DNA of 64,000 nucleotides from an uncultured delta proteobacterium (GCA_963804165.1 CAWDPO010000040.1:32001-96000), one strand, 5' to 3'. Positions 40,740 through 51,017 are shown, numbered from the stretch's first letter. Made by a program: numbers and translations. The notes: a model not told the origin generated them from the sequence alone.

Positions 40740-43700
40740 ATGACGATGTCTTCGATCGACAGGCGATCCGCCGAGGTCAAGGAACATGAGCGCCGGGCGG
40801 CAGTTATTCTTGATGGTATGTACCAGTTTGTCGCCCTGCTGAACCCCCGCGGCGATATCCTGGAGGTGAACCGTGCCGCTTTGGAGGGCGCGGGCCATCA
40901 GATTCAGGAGATCCGGGGGAAGCCCTTCTGGACCGCGCGTTGGTGGCAGGTCTCGGAACAGATCCAGGAGGACCTCCAAGTCGCGATCCGGCGCGCATCC
41001 GCCGGCGAGTTCGTTCGCTACGAGGTGAATATCTACGGTGAGCAGTCCGGGCTCGCGCCCATCACGATCGACTTCTCCCTGCAACCGATTCGGGGTGAGT
41101 CCGGCGAGGTCGAATACTTACTGCCGGAAGGCCGGAACATTACCGAGCGCAAACGGGCCGAAGAGCAGGTGGCCAATCAGGCCCAGGAGTTACGCGTCCT
41201 AAACGAGCGCCTCAAGGAGTTGGACCGGCTCAAAACCCAATTCTTTACCAACGTCAGCCACGAGTTCCGCACGCCTCTGACGCTGATGCTCGGACCGCTT
41301 GAAGATGCGCTGGCCAACGCCCACGGCGTTCTCCCCGTGGGCGCAGCCAAGGACTTGGACGTTTCCCACCGCAACGCCCTACGGCTGCTGAAGCTTGTCA
41401 ACACGATGCTGGATTTCTCTCGCATCGAGGCCGGGCGCATGCAGGCCGCGTACGAGCCGGTTGACCTGGCCACCCTCACGGCGGAACTCGCCAGCAATTT
41501 CCGCTCAGCTTGCGAAAAGGCCAGCTTGCGATTGGTCGTGGACTGCCCGCCGCTCAGCGGTGGCGAGCCGGTGTACGTCGATCGCGATATGTGGGAGAAG
41601 ATCGTCCTGAACCTCGTGAGCAACGCCTTCAAGTTCACACTGAAAGGCGAAATCGAAGTGCGCTTGCAGGCAATGGATGGCCAAGCGCGCTTGACGGTGC
41701 GCGACACCGGCGTAGGCATCCCATCTGCAGAATTGCCGCACATGTTCGAGCGTTTCCATCGGATCGAGCACAGCCGCGGGCGCACACACGAAGGCACTGG
41801 CATTGGCCTGGCGCTCGTGCAGGAGCTCGTGCAACTTCACGGCGGAACGGTACGCGCGGACAGCAAGCTGGGCGAGGGAAGCACGTTCATCGTCACCATC
41901 CCTTTCGGCAAGGCGCATCTGGATCCGCAGCGCATCGGCACGGCTTCCGAGCTGGCGTCCACCGCAATCGCTCCGTCCGCCTTCGTAGAGGAGGCGGTGC
42001 GGTGGCTTCCCGAAGCGGAAACGCAAGCGAAGCAAGAAGAGGAGCAGACCTGGACGCCTTCGCTGGCAATGTCTGATCGCGACGTTCCGGAAATTCAGCC
42101 ACAGGACCAGAGCGCCCGCATTCTCTTGGCCGACGATAACGCCGACATGCGCGAATACGTCAGCCGCTTGCTGGGAAAGCGCTTCGACGTGCAGGCAGTT
42201 ACGGACGGGGAGACCGCCTTGGAGGTGGCCCGAGCCGAACCGCCTGATCTAGTGATCAGCGACATCATGATGCCAAGGCTGGATGGGTTCGGCTTACTGC
42301 TCGAGCTGCGCGCCGATCCGCAACTGCGCGAGGTTCCAATCATCCTACTCTCTGCCAGAGCTGGGGAGGAGAGCCGCATCGAAGGCATGGAAGCCGGCGC
42401 GAATGATTACCTGATCAAGCCGTTCAGCGCCCGCGAGCTGCTAGCGCGCGTCGGCGCGCATCTCGCGATAGCTCGCGTTCGCAGGGAAGCCACAGAGAAA
42501 GTCCGGTCAAGCGAGGCCGAACTGCGCGATTTCGTCGAGAACGCCAACGTCGGACTTCACCGCGTCACTTCGGATGGCATTATTCTGTGGGCCAACCAGA
42601 CGGAATTAGATCTATTTGGATACACACGCGAGGAATACATCGGCCATTCTATTGCTCAGTTCCACGTTGATGCTTCGGTGAGTGAGGACATTCTTACCCG
42701 TCTGCGCCGGGGAGAGAGGGTAATCGATCGCGAGGCGCGCATGCGCTGCGAAGACGGTTCGATTCGTCACGTGCGTCATCAATTCCAGCGGGTTTTTCGA
42801 GGACGGTAAGTTCACCCATTCCCGCTCCTTTACTCAAGACATCACCGAACGCAAGTGGGCCCAAAGAGCGACCGGGTTGCTGAGCGCCATCGTCGATTCG
42901 TCCGACGACGCCATCATCAGCAAAGACCTCAACGGGGTCATCACCAGTTGGAACAACAGCGCCGAGCGAATGTTCGGATACACCGCTTCCGAAGCCGTCG
43001 GCCAGCGGATCACCATGCTCATTCCCTCTGATCGACTCGACGAAGAGCCGAAGATTCTCGAGCGGCTCAGGCACGGCGAGCGGATGGACCACTTCGAGAC
43101 GATCCGGATGCGGAAAGACGGGTCCCGGCTGGACATCTCGCTGACCATCTCGCCGGTGAAAGACGCCGATGGTCGCATTGTCGGCGCATCGAAAGTCGCG
43201 CGCGACATCACCGAACGCAAACGGATTGAGCAGCAGCGTCATGAATTCAGGCTCGAGTTAGAGAAACAAGTCCATGAGCGGACCGCAGAATTAGAAAAGG
43301 CGAACCGGGCGCTGCTGAAGGACATGGAGGAGAGAAAAAAGCTCGAAGAGCAGCTTCATCAGTCACAAAAACTGGAGAGCATGGGCATTCTTGCAGCTGG
43401 CGTCGCCCACGACTTAAACAATCTTCTCAACATTATCCAGGGTTACGCTTCTGTTATCGGGCCAGACGCCCCAAGGGACGAGATCGGCGAGAGTGTCGAT
43501 GCCATCACCGAGACCACCAAACGAGGCGCCGCTTTGGTGCAACAGCTTTTGACTCTTGCCCGCAAAACGGAAATCAAAAAAGAGTCTATAGATGTCAATA
43601 CACTTATTCAGCGACTGAGCAGTTTCATCAAGGAAACATTTCCGAAAAACATCGAAACGACGCTGGACTTGTCCCCCATTCTTCCTGCGATCCTGGCCGA

Positions 43701-44073
43701 TGCAAACCAAATGAACCAGGTGCTGCTCAATCTTTGCGTCAATGCGCGCGATGCCATGCCGGGTGGCGGCAAGGTTTTGCTCAAGACTTCGGTCGTGGAG
43801 GAAGAGGGTCTGGAAGTGTATGGCGAGCTGGAGGCAGAGCCGTACGTGTCCATCGAGATCACCGACACCGGCACGGGGATGGACGAATACGTTCAAAGCA
43901 AAATCTTCGAGCCCTTCTTCACCACTAAGGAAATTGGTAAGGGGACGGGACTCGGCCTTGCCGTAGTTTACGGTATCGTGAAAAACCACAACGGATTTGT
44001 TGACGTAACGAGTCAACCGATGCGTGGAACAACTTTTCGTCTGTACTTCCCGAGCATGCGCTCAGAAGGATAA
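40740..44073 (+). CDS. Hybrid sensor kinase PAS-HisKA-HATPase-REC-PAS-PAS-HisKA-HATPase, split by one +1 frameshift near 42774
   Basis: H-boxes 'SHEFRTP' and 'AHDLNN'; G-boxes 'GTGIGL' and 'GTGLGL'; REC 'DIMMP'; PAS reading resumes in the next frame ('VINSSGFFEDGKFTHSRSFTQDITERK'). Confidence 0.9.
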
Positions 44074-44079
44074 TCCGCT

Positions 44080-44496
44080 ATGGACCGCACTTCAGAAAGA
44101 TCCCCGTCGGAAAAACCAGGCCAGGGTCACAAGACCATTCTCATCGTGGAGGATGAACCTCTCATGGTTCGTCTGTTGGAAAGGTTCTTTTCGCGCCACG
44201 GTTACAATGTCTTGGTAGCCTCCGACGGCGAGCAGGCGATCGAAGTGTATTGCCGGTACAAACTGCAAATCGACGCAGTGCTTCTGGATGCTCGTCTTCC
44301 CAAAACCATGGGTGAAGAGGTCTTTCGCAGGATGAAAGATGTGAATGCCGCCGTCAAAGTCGTGATGGCCAGCGGTTTTTTAGAGCCGGAAATAAAGACC
44401 GAGATGACCTTGGCCGGCGTCCAGCGCTTCGTGAATAAGCCCTATATGCTCGATGAACTATTAGAGGTCTTTCGAAGCTTGTTCGCCAACAAGTGA
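44080..44496 (+). CDS. Single-domain response regulator receiver
   Basis: 'ILIVEDE', 'LLDARLP', 'MASG', 'NKPY'. Confidence 0.9.
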   Translation: MDRTSERSPSEKPGQGHKTILIVEDEPLMVRLLERFFSRHGYNVLVASDGEQAIEVYCRYKLQIDAVLLDARLPKTMGEEVFRRMKDVNAAVKVVMASGFLEPEIKTEMTLAGVQRFVNKPYMLDELLEVFRSLFANK

Positions 44497-44543
44497 GGAC
44501 TACGGATAACTGTTGTGTACAGCTGTCTTAAGGTTACCATCAG

Positions 44544-44879
44544 ATGGCCGGAAAAAAGGCTCGTAGTCTAACCCTTAATCGTGACTTGCTCGCCAAAATG
44601 ACCGCCGAGAAAGTATTCGGCTGGAAAAATGTGCGGAAGTACAACGGCGAGCTTGTCGGCAAGAAGCAAGACAAAGCCGGTCGGTGGCGAAAAGCAAGGG
44701 TGCCTGACTACGTCAACGACCAGCGCCAGGCATACGCGATAGATAACCGCATGAAGCAGCTTGGACGTTCGGAGCGATATCTCAAAGAGCTTTCCAGGAT
44801 AACCAAAGCAAAGAAACTTCCGAGCGAATGGGCGACGCCCGAGCAGCGGAGTAGAGCAGCACTCAAGACGTTGAGGTAA
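44544..44879 (+). CDS. Hypothetical basic protein (resembles phage ABA-sandwich/BC1872 type)
   Basis: 'AEKVFGW..VPDY.ND...A..I..TPEQRSRAAL'. Confidence 0.55.
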   Translation: MAGKKARSLTLNRDLLAKMTAEKVFGWKNVRKYNGELVGKKQDKAGRWRKARVPDYVNDQRQAYAIDNRMKQLGRSERYLKELSRITKAKKLPSEWATPEQRSRAALKTLR

Positions 44880-44888
44880 GAACCAATT

Positions 44889-45065
44889 TTATTTTTTCAT
44901 CAGTCGTGGCGGGCCTGTGCCGCTATGTTGCCCGATGCGACGCTTATAGTCTTGCTCAGAGAGTTCATTGGTCTCGGCGGGCGATCGAGTTTTCTCGCTT
45001 CGGTTCCGAGCTGCTGATTTTTCTCGTTTTACTATGCGGGCCACGGCTGTTTTTTTCGACGGCAT
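44889..45065 (-). CDS. Small hydrophilic protein, 58 aa (not in ORF track)
   Basis: MPSKKTAVARIVKREKSAARNRSEKTRSPAETNELSEQDYKRRIGQHSGTGPPRLMKK; AGGA upstream; convergent with the 44544 ORF. Confidence 0.55.
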   Translation of the reverse strand: MPSKKTAVARIVKREKSAARNRSEKTRSPAETNELSEQDYKRRIGQHSGTGPPRLMKK

Positions 45066-45298
45066 AACGTCCTACTATAGAAACTATAACATCCGTGCTC
45101 AGACCGCGCCTCGGCTGTAATTACTAGTGGGCCGATTCACAGCAACATTCGAGTTTCGCGCGATTAGCCCACGGCTCTTCCCAAGCCACCATGCCATTTC
45201 GGTCCCCTACAAGTGTAAGCCAGACAAAGTAAGACTTTCCCTGACTCTTGCAGGGCGTCCTATTTCAAAGAAGTGTAATAGAAACGGCGGAGTACCGC

Positions 45299-45313
45299 GG
45301 GCATAGCGCTTGC
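45299..45313 (+). promoter_or_regulatory. sigma54 promoter motif
   Basis: GGGCAT-AGCGC-TTGC upstream of the SRPBCC gene. Confidence 0.6.
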
Positions 45314-45359
45314 GTCTTTACACTGCTGAAGTGCCGACTAACTTAGAGGAGGTTTTTCC

Positions 45360-45830
45360 ATGGAACGTATAAAAAAATCGATTGAAGTCGATCGCCCGCT
45401 CAGCCATGTCTACAATCAATGGACGCAGTTTGAAGAATTTCCCAAATTCATGGAAGGGGTGAAAGAGGTCCGACAGCTCGACGATCAGCGCCTTCACTGG
45501 CGAGCTGAGATCGGCGGAAAAGAAAAAGAATGGACCGCCAAGATCGTCGAGCAAATTCCTGATAATCGAATTGCCTGGAGGTCCGAGTCCGGCGAATACA
45601 CTTCAGGACTGGTAGATTTCGCGAGATTAGGGATGGATCGGACACGGGTAGCCTTAGAGATCTCTTACGATCCTCAGGGATTTATCGAAAACGCCGGCGA
45701 CGCGATCGGCCTCGTTTCCAGACGCATCGAAAACGATCTTGAGCACTTCAAAGAATTCATCGAAAACCGAGGTCAAGAAACCGGCGCGTGGCGCGGTACG
45801 ATTAGGGAAGGGCATAAATCGATATCTTAA
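45360..45830 (+). CDS. SRPBCC (cyclase/dehydrase) family protein
   Basis: 'VYNQWTQFEEFPKFMEGVKEV', 'IAWRS', 'FKEFIE.RG.ETGAWRG'. Confidence 0.92.
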   Translation: MERIKKSIEVDRPLSHVYNQWTQFEEFPKFMEGVKEVRQLDDQRLHWRAEIGGKEKEWTAKIVEQIPDNRIAWRSESGEYTSGLVDFARLGMDRTRVALEISYDPQGFIENAGDAIGLVSRRIENDLEHFKEFIENRGQETGAWRGTIREGHKSIS

Positions 45831-45917
45831 AATAATGACATGGGATGGAAAAACAGCGCGGAGGAGCTTGGTGCGCCTCCGCGGCGCCCTCGGCACCGAA
45901 GAGTTAGGAGAGATTTT

Positions 45918-46337
45918 ATGACGCGATACAAAAACATCGTCTGGACGGGTCTGTTAGCAGGCGCATTACTTACGCTCCCACAAACGTCGTTGGCCGATCA
46001 CCGTGGGTCCTCGCGGCGGAGTCTTAAGAATGAGATCCAGCAGGATCGCCGGGAATTGCGGGGTAGTCGGCAGGAGCTCAAACGCGACCTCAACGAATTG
46101 AAGAACGATCGGCGAGAGTATCGACAGGATCTCCGATCGGATGCCAGCAAGGAAGAATTATCTCGCGATAAGGCGGAAATCCGTGAGTCGCTGGACGATT
46201 TGCGAGACAGCCGGCGGGAAGTTGATAGAGATCGACGCGAACTCAACCGGGACCTCAGGGAATACGACTGGCGTTACGGCGAGCCGGACCGCGACAATCG
46301 CGGCTGGTGGGATCCATATCCCTGGGGGTGGCGCTAA
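45918..46337 (+). CDS. Secreted charged coiled-coil protein
   Basis: AGGAG RBS; signal peptide; repeated 'DRREL/YR' heptads; Trp-rich tail. Confidence 0.7.
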   Translation: MTRYKNIVWTGLLAGALLTLPQTSLADHRGSSRRSLKNEIQQDRRELRGSRQELKRDLNELKNDRREYRQDLRSDASKEELSRDKAEIRESLDDLRDSRREVDRDRRELNRDLREYDWRYGEPDRDNRGWWDPYPWGWR

Positions 46338-46455
46338 AATCGGCCGACCTTTGGCTCTGCGTTTTTCAACTAGCAGAAAAATGAGCGTGGCGGTTCGACT
46401 AACACTCTGAGTGGGACGACTCAAAGCTTTGGCTAGAGAAATAGCAATCAGTGTT

Positions 46456-46633
46456 CTAGTGTCCTGACCCAGAAGGAAGTTTGTTGAACAAGTGGTTGGT
46501 TCTTTGCCGTCATACCGGCGAATGCCCGGTATCCATATGTTTTTGAAATTCCTGGATTCCGGGTCATGCTAGCTAACGCCAGCTTGCCCGGAATGACGTT
46601 TGACTTATGTTGCAAACTTCTGGGACACACTAG
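46456..46633. mobile_element. MITE-like element with an internal REP-like palindromic unit
   Basis: Imperfect terminal inverted repeats CTAGTGT..CCCAGAAG..TTTG / CAAA.CTTCTGGG..ACACTAG; internal CGTCATACCGG..CCGGTATCCA...TGGATTCCGGG..CCCGGAATGACG. Confidence 0.65.
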
Positions 46634-46659
46634 CTCGGCATGAGACCGGCGCTGAGAAG

Positions 46660-46971
46660 CTACAAGAGATGTGACACATCCAAATCGCCGATCTCTTTTA
46701 TTGACCGGCCCAGGTTAGATTTTAGGATTGTATCGATTTCATAGCAAAATCCGAGGTCGTCGAAATACATTGAGCTAGTAAATTGAAACCCATTATATTC
46801 TATGAACAAAAAAATACAGGTATCCAACCCCTCGTGCAGCCAAGCTTGTTGAAGCGTGCCAACTTCGCCTGTTGGCCAATCTTTTTTATCTCGCCCCGTC
46901 GAACTCCGCCGTGGTGGCCAAGTCTTAACGCCGCTCCTGCGTGTCATGAGCGGATGGTCGCGAAACTTCAT
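46660..46971 (-). CDS. Hypothetical protein
   Basis: 'MKFRDHPLM..WPP..GEVGTL..FDD..FC..GRSIKEIGDLD'. Confidence 0.6.
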   Translation of the reverse strand: MKFRDHPLMTRRSGVKTWPPRRSSTGRDKKDWPTGEVGTLQQAWLHEGLDTCIFLFIEYNGFQFTSSMYFDDLGFCYEIDTILKSNLGRSIKEIGDLDVSHLL

Positions 46972-47160
46972 AACCATTTGCGCGCTTCTTCCCTGTAAAA
47001 GCGGGCACCGAGAAGCCGACCGAGTAAGCAACTATCTCTAATATCGCCCGGCAAACAGCTGCTATCAAGTCGTCTCTGAAAATTTTCAAAACTGTTTCAT
47101 TTTGGCGCTGACGGCGTTCGGTTAGCTTGCCGTTGGTAGTGCCCACTAGCCCAATAACGT

Positions 47161-47307
47161 CGTGTAGAGGCGGACAAGATTGCGGCCCGCTATGAACGTG
47201 GGGTTCTTGAAATCCGGGTGCCGCTTCCGACGCAGCTTGCTGGACGGGAGGTCCCGATTCAGATTGAGCAAACAAATAATAAGAAGCTGGAATCGAAGGC
47301 CGCGTAA
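47161..47307 (+). pseudogene. Hsp20/alpha-crystallin C-terminal fragment (not in ORF track)
   Basis: Manual translation 'RVEADKIAARYERGVLEIRVPLPTQLAGREVPIQIE..KAA*'; no start. Confidence 0.75.
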
Positions 47308-47357
47308 AGCGAGCCCGACTATATTAAATCAAACCGCTCTTCTGCTGGCGGTTTCAG

Positions 47358-47390
47358 AAAGGGGTCCCATGATGGGACCCCTTTTTTTTT
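47358..47390 (+). terminator. Intrinsic terminator
   Basis: AAAGGGGTCCCAT-G-ATGGGACCCCTTT followed by a long T-tract. Confidence 0.85.
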
Positions 47391-47587
47391 GACAAAGCTG
47401 AGCTTATTCGACAACCAATTTGCTATCATTGTCATTGGGGGTTTTCTCAGGACAGTCGCAAAGTGGGCATTTGTTCGCGGGCACATATCAAGCCGTTTCC
47501 GGCGTAATGGTGAGGAGGCTAAGATCTTGATGAGATCTGGTGCAGTCGGTCCGGCTCGCAAGAAAAAACGGGAAGTGAAGATTTGTA

Positions 47588-48484
47588 ATGATTTTTAAGT
47601 TTGACCCGGGCGATGTATTGAAGCATCCGGGTGCTTTCGCGCTGCAAACGCTCAAGGGTTTTCGTGCCAATCAGGGACTTCTTCTGGCGGGTGCAGTTGC
47701 TTACTATGCGCTGCTATCTATTGTTCCGCTACTCATCCTTACCGTCATCGCGCTGTCCTACGTGATCGATCAGGCGGAGTTGCTCGCTACCATCGGCCGC
47801 TACCTCGAGTGGCTGGTTCCGGGGCAATCCAAATTGCTCGTGGCTGAGCTGACGAACTTTCTTGACCATCGCGAAGTCATCGGCTGGCTGCTGCTCGCGA
47901 CAATGCTATTTTTCAGCTCCCTCGCATTCACGGTTCTGGAGAACGCAATGTCGGTAATTTTCATTCACCGGGTTGCCATCCGCAGGCGCCATTTTCTCGT
48001 CTCTGCGCTAATTCCTTATTGCTACATTTTGTCCTTGGGATTCGGCGTGCTGCTGGTGACATTGGTCTCCGGTAGCCTGCAGGCGATGGGGCAGGAAAGC
48101 ATCGATGTTTTGGGGCATAACTGGTCCCTTGGCCGCGTTTCTGGCGTGCTTCTCTATCTGCTCGGACTCGGCGGAGAAATCTTCGTTCTCACGTCCGTCT
48201 ACCTGGTCATGCCGGTGGGACGGCTGTCGTTGCGGCACGCGCTGATCGGCGGTCTCACGGCGGCATTGCTTTGGGAGATCACCCGCCATGTGCTCGTCTG
48301 GTACTTCGCCACTCTGTCGCAGGTCGGTCTTGTCTATGGATCACTGACGACGGCAATCGCAGTATTGCTGAGCTTGGATGTTGCAGCGACGTTGCTGTTG
48401 CTGGGCGCCCAGGTCATCTCCGAATACGAGCGCGCAATCAGAGCCAACCAAGACGCAGCGCCAAAGCCATTGCACACCAACTAA
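47588..48484 (+). CDS. YihY/BrkB-family membrane protein
   Basis: 'AGAVAYYALLSIVPLL', multiple TMs, 'VYGSLTTAI'. Confidence 0.88.
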   Translation: MIFKFDPGDVLKHPGAFALQTLKGFRANQGLLLAGAVAYYALLSIVPLLILTVIALSYVIDQAELLATIGRYLEWLVPGQSKLLVAELTNFLDHREVIGWLLLATMLFFSSLAFTVLENAMSVIFIHRVAIRRRHFLVSALIPYCYILSLGFGVLLVTLVSGSLQAMGQESIDVLGHNWSLGRVSGVLLYLLGLGGEIFVLTSVYLVMPVGRLSLRHALIGGLTAALLWEITRHVLVWYFATLSQVGLVYGSLTTAIAVLLSLDVAATLLLLGAQVISEYERAIRANQDAAPKPLHTN

Positions 48485-48498
48485 GCACTATTTCTTGA

Positions 48499-48738
48499 GT
48501 GGCCAAAGACAGCATGGACGTCCGTGTGGAAAATAACCTGCTGACTATACGCGCCAATGCCGCTCATGTCGCGCCGGGTGATCCAATCTATCGCGAATAT
48601 GGGCTGGTTAATTTCTTCAGGCAGTTTGAATTGAACGAAAGAGTCGATCAGTCAAAAATCTCAGCTGAGTTCAATCACGGCGTGTTGACTTTAAAGTTAC
48701 CCAAGCGGAAGAGGCGAAGCCGAGAAAGATTGATGTGA
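48499..48738 (+). pseudogene. Hsp20 fragment, 5'-truncated
   Basis: 'VRVENNLLTI..FFRQFEL..VDQSKISAEFNHGVLTLKLPK'; N-terminus missing and tail frameshifted. Confidence 0.8.
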
Positions 48739-48833
48739 GAGTCGCTTAGGTAGATTTGTGCAAAGGAAATAGCGGTCACTTTCGATAGATGGTGAATGAG
48801 TTGAGAGGCTATTACGGAAAAGCGAGCACGGAT

Positions 48834-48867
48834 AAAAAAAAGGCGCCCTGCGGACAGAGCGCCTTTT
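48834..48867. terminator. Bidirectional intrinsic terminator
   Basis: A-tract AAAAGGCGCCCTG-CGGA-CAGAGCGCCTTTT. Confidence 0.75.
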
Positions 48868-49534
48868 GAGTTGGCGGTAAACTGTGGTTGCACTTGAGCT
48901 GTGCACTCACTACTCCCCTGCCACAGTGGAGGCTATGATCCTAAAGCAGAGACAACTCGCAAACGAGTTGCGCCAACCCTTGGTTTCAGCATAGCTCTTG
49001 AGCAGCCGAAAAAAAGGTACCCGAGCGTAAAAAAGGCCCCAGCCGGGGATCGATTCTACGGGCGCTAAGTTTTCGAGCGGGAATCTATAATTTGGAAAGA
49101 TCAAGATGTTCGCCGAATAGTGTCGGCACAGAGATGGATGAGGATTAAAACACTCTTGACGAAATCCATCCCAGTCTTGCGGCGGTCACCTGACCAATGA
49201 ATCGTAAACGCGCCAGGTAGCGTATGCGAAAGTTCCGTAAGAGGTGAGGACCAGCAAAACTGCCACGACATGCAAGATCACTCCCCTTTTGAAAAGCTTT
49301 CTGCGACGTGAATCGTTGTGGCATCGCGAGAGGTTTGCTCACGTGTTGCCTTAGGATCGGATGATAGCCCACCGAATACCCGTAACCACATGTCATGCAC
49401 AAACCATCAATGGCTCGAACATTTCTTGTCAGAGAATCGACAATCGCTATCCCCATTGGATGGGAGGGATCGGGTAGGGCCGAGGACGTCAATCAGATTT
49501 GCACCGTAGATAGAAACCCGATAAGTGGAATGGA

Positions 49535-49765
49535 ATGACGAATATTCCAAAAGACATGTTGGCCGACGCAAGCGAAATTAGGAAGGCGGTCAAGTCGCTG
49601 CGAAGAAAGAGTGTAATCGACAGCCTAATTCGCCGTGGTATCGCTCCAGATAGAATCGAACGAACCATCAGGGATGCCGAGGTGGCTGCGGACGCAATCG
49701 CCAATGAGGCAAGGTCACGTATCGCGCACCGAAAACGCGCAAGGCTTAGAATTGTGAAGTCGTAG
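49535..49765 (+). CDS. Hypothetical small basic protein
   Basis: 76-aa helical ORF ending 'RLRIVKS'. Confidence 0.5.
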   Translation: MTNIPKDMLADASEIRKAVKSLRRKSVIDSLIRRGIAPDRIERTIRDAEVAADAIANEARSRIAHRKRARLRIVKS

Positions 49766-50119
49766 TCGTGGACACCGCCATTATCCGCCGCGAACTCCAA
49801 AGCGGGGACGACCAGCTCCACATCCATCCGACGCTGCGGCTTATCTAGACTTCATTCACGGTGTCTTGATTTTTGATTATCCCAATACACGGATCAGTAT
49901 ACTCACTAGTTCGCTCCTCGCCATGATTAGCACACCTACGATTTGAGACCCTGGAAAGTATCGAAAGGGAAGCCCCAACGGGAGTGCCACTGATACCGTG
50001 GGAAATTCCTAACTTTCGTTGTTCTCCGAAGGCTGGCCATTGTCAGCAATTTGGAAACAATCTAGGAAAATTCCTCCAACGAAGCAGGCCGAAACAGTTC
50101 ATTCTCTAGGGTTTTTTGC

Positions 50120-50134
50120 TGGCACTGCTTTTGC
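50120..50134 (+). promoter_or_regulatory. sigma54 promoter motif
   Basis: TGGCAC-TGCTT-TTGC upstream of the 50163 and DUF3309 genes. Confidence 0.7.
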
Positions 50135-50162
50135 CCTTACTTGGTAATAGGAGGAGCAAAAA

Positions 50163-50372
50163 ATGTTAGGCCAACGCTGTCACGCAATGCACAGCATCCG
50201 TGCGCACCAGGGACTGATAACCGCGGACACGCAGGGAACGATTGAAAGGGAAATCAGCAATCTTGGGAGGCATCTGATCGCGGTACGCTGGGATAACGGC
50301 CTGCAGATGTACGTGTTCCCCGAGGAAATCGAAGTTCATCGGACGATGGACAAGTGGCAAGGATCCCGCTGA
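50163..50372 (+). CDS. Hypothetical small beta-rich protein
   Basis: AGGAGGAG RBS; 'GTI..LIAVRWDNGLQMYVFPEEIE'. Confidence 0.65.
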   Translation: MLGQRCHAMHSIRAHQGLITADTQGTIEREISNLGRHLIAVRWDNGLQMYVFPEEIEVHRTMDKWQGSR

Positions 50373-50434
50373 TGCACGACCCGATCGTCGGTGACTCGGA
50401 ACTACTCAGCAAGCGAGAAGAGAGGAGGTGACCC

Positions 50435-50587
50435 ATGGGAACAATATTACTGATCATCCTGATACTTTTGCTCGTCGGCGCGCTACCGACATGGCCGCAC
50501 AGCTCCGGGTGGGGCTATTATCCTAGCGGCGGCTTAGGTTTAGTGCTCGTCATCATCATTGTCTTGTTACTGATGGGGAGAATCTAA
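50435..50587 (+). CDS. DUF3309-family small membrane protein (not in ORF track)
   Basis: MGTILLIILILLLVGALPTWPHSSGWGYYPSGGLGLVLVIIIVLLLMGRI; GAGGAGG RBS. Confidence 0.9.
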   Translation: MGTILLIILILLLVGALPTWPHSSGWGYYPSGGLGLVLVIIIVLLLMGRI

Positions 50588-50625
50588 ATCGTGAGTGAAT
50601 CTCGGATAACTTGAGCAACATGGCT

Positions 50626-50663
50626 AAAAAAAATGCCCGAGCGGTATGAACCGTTCGGGCATT
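50626..50663. terminator. Intrinsic terminator hairpin
   Basis: A-tract AATGCCCGAGCGGT-ATGA-ACCGTTCGGGCATT. Confidence 0.7.
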
Positions 50664-51002
50664 GGATTACCAATCTATATTGTTAGCCTAAACACGGTTT
50701 TTGGTCTGCTCGAAACAGCAGCCCTCGTGTTCGCCACCCGCGATAGTCAGATATGCTACATCGCCTCGGGTCAAACTTAAAAATCCTTACAAATTTTCAC
50801 GTGCGTTTTTTCTTGCGAGCCGACGCGACGGCATCTTTGAAATGACTCGGCCTGCTTAGAACATTTTTGGGAAGACACTGTCCGGTAGTTACCCAATCTC
50901 GCCAGCGACGGTGTGGGCAATTCTCCATCTCTTTGTTCGGCAAGACCAACAACTCTGCTGTCCAATAAAGTGCAACGATGCAATTTAGAACATTTACCAA
51001 TT

Positions 51003-51017
51003 TGGCATGTTCCTTGT
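51003..51017 (+). promoter_or_regulatory. sigma54-like promoter motif (TTGT variant)
   Basis: TGGCAT-GTTCC-TTGT upstream of the receiver gene. Confidence 0.45.

Noticed and set aside
46040-46260. Repeating gatcgccgggaa-like units as a CRISPR or DNA repeat
   Set aside because: Degenerate, in-frame coding heptads with no spacers.
48940-48995. Glycine or c-di-GMP riboswitch call
   Set aside because: Core consensus only partly matched and no downstream gene; kept only as a generic ncRNA candidate.
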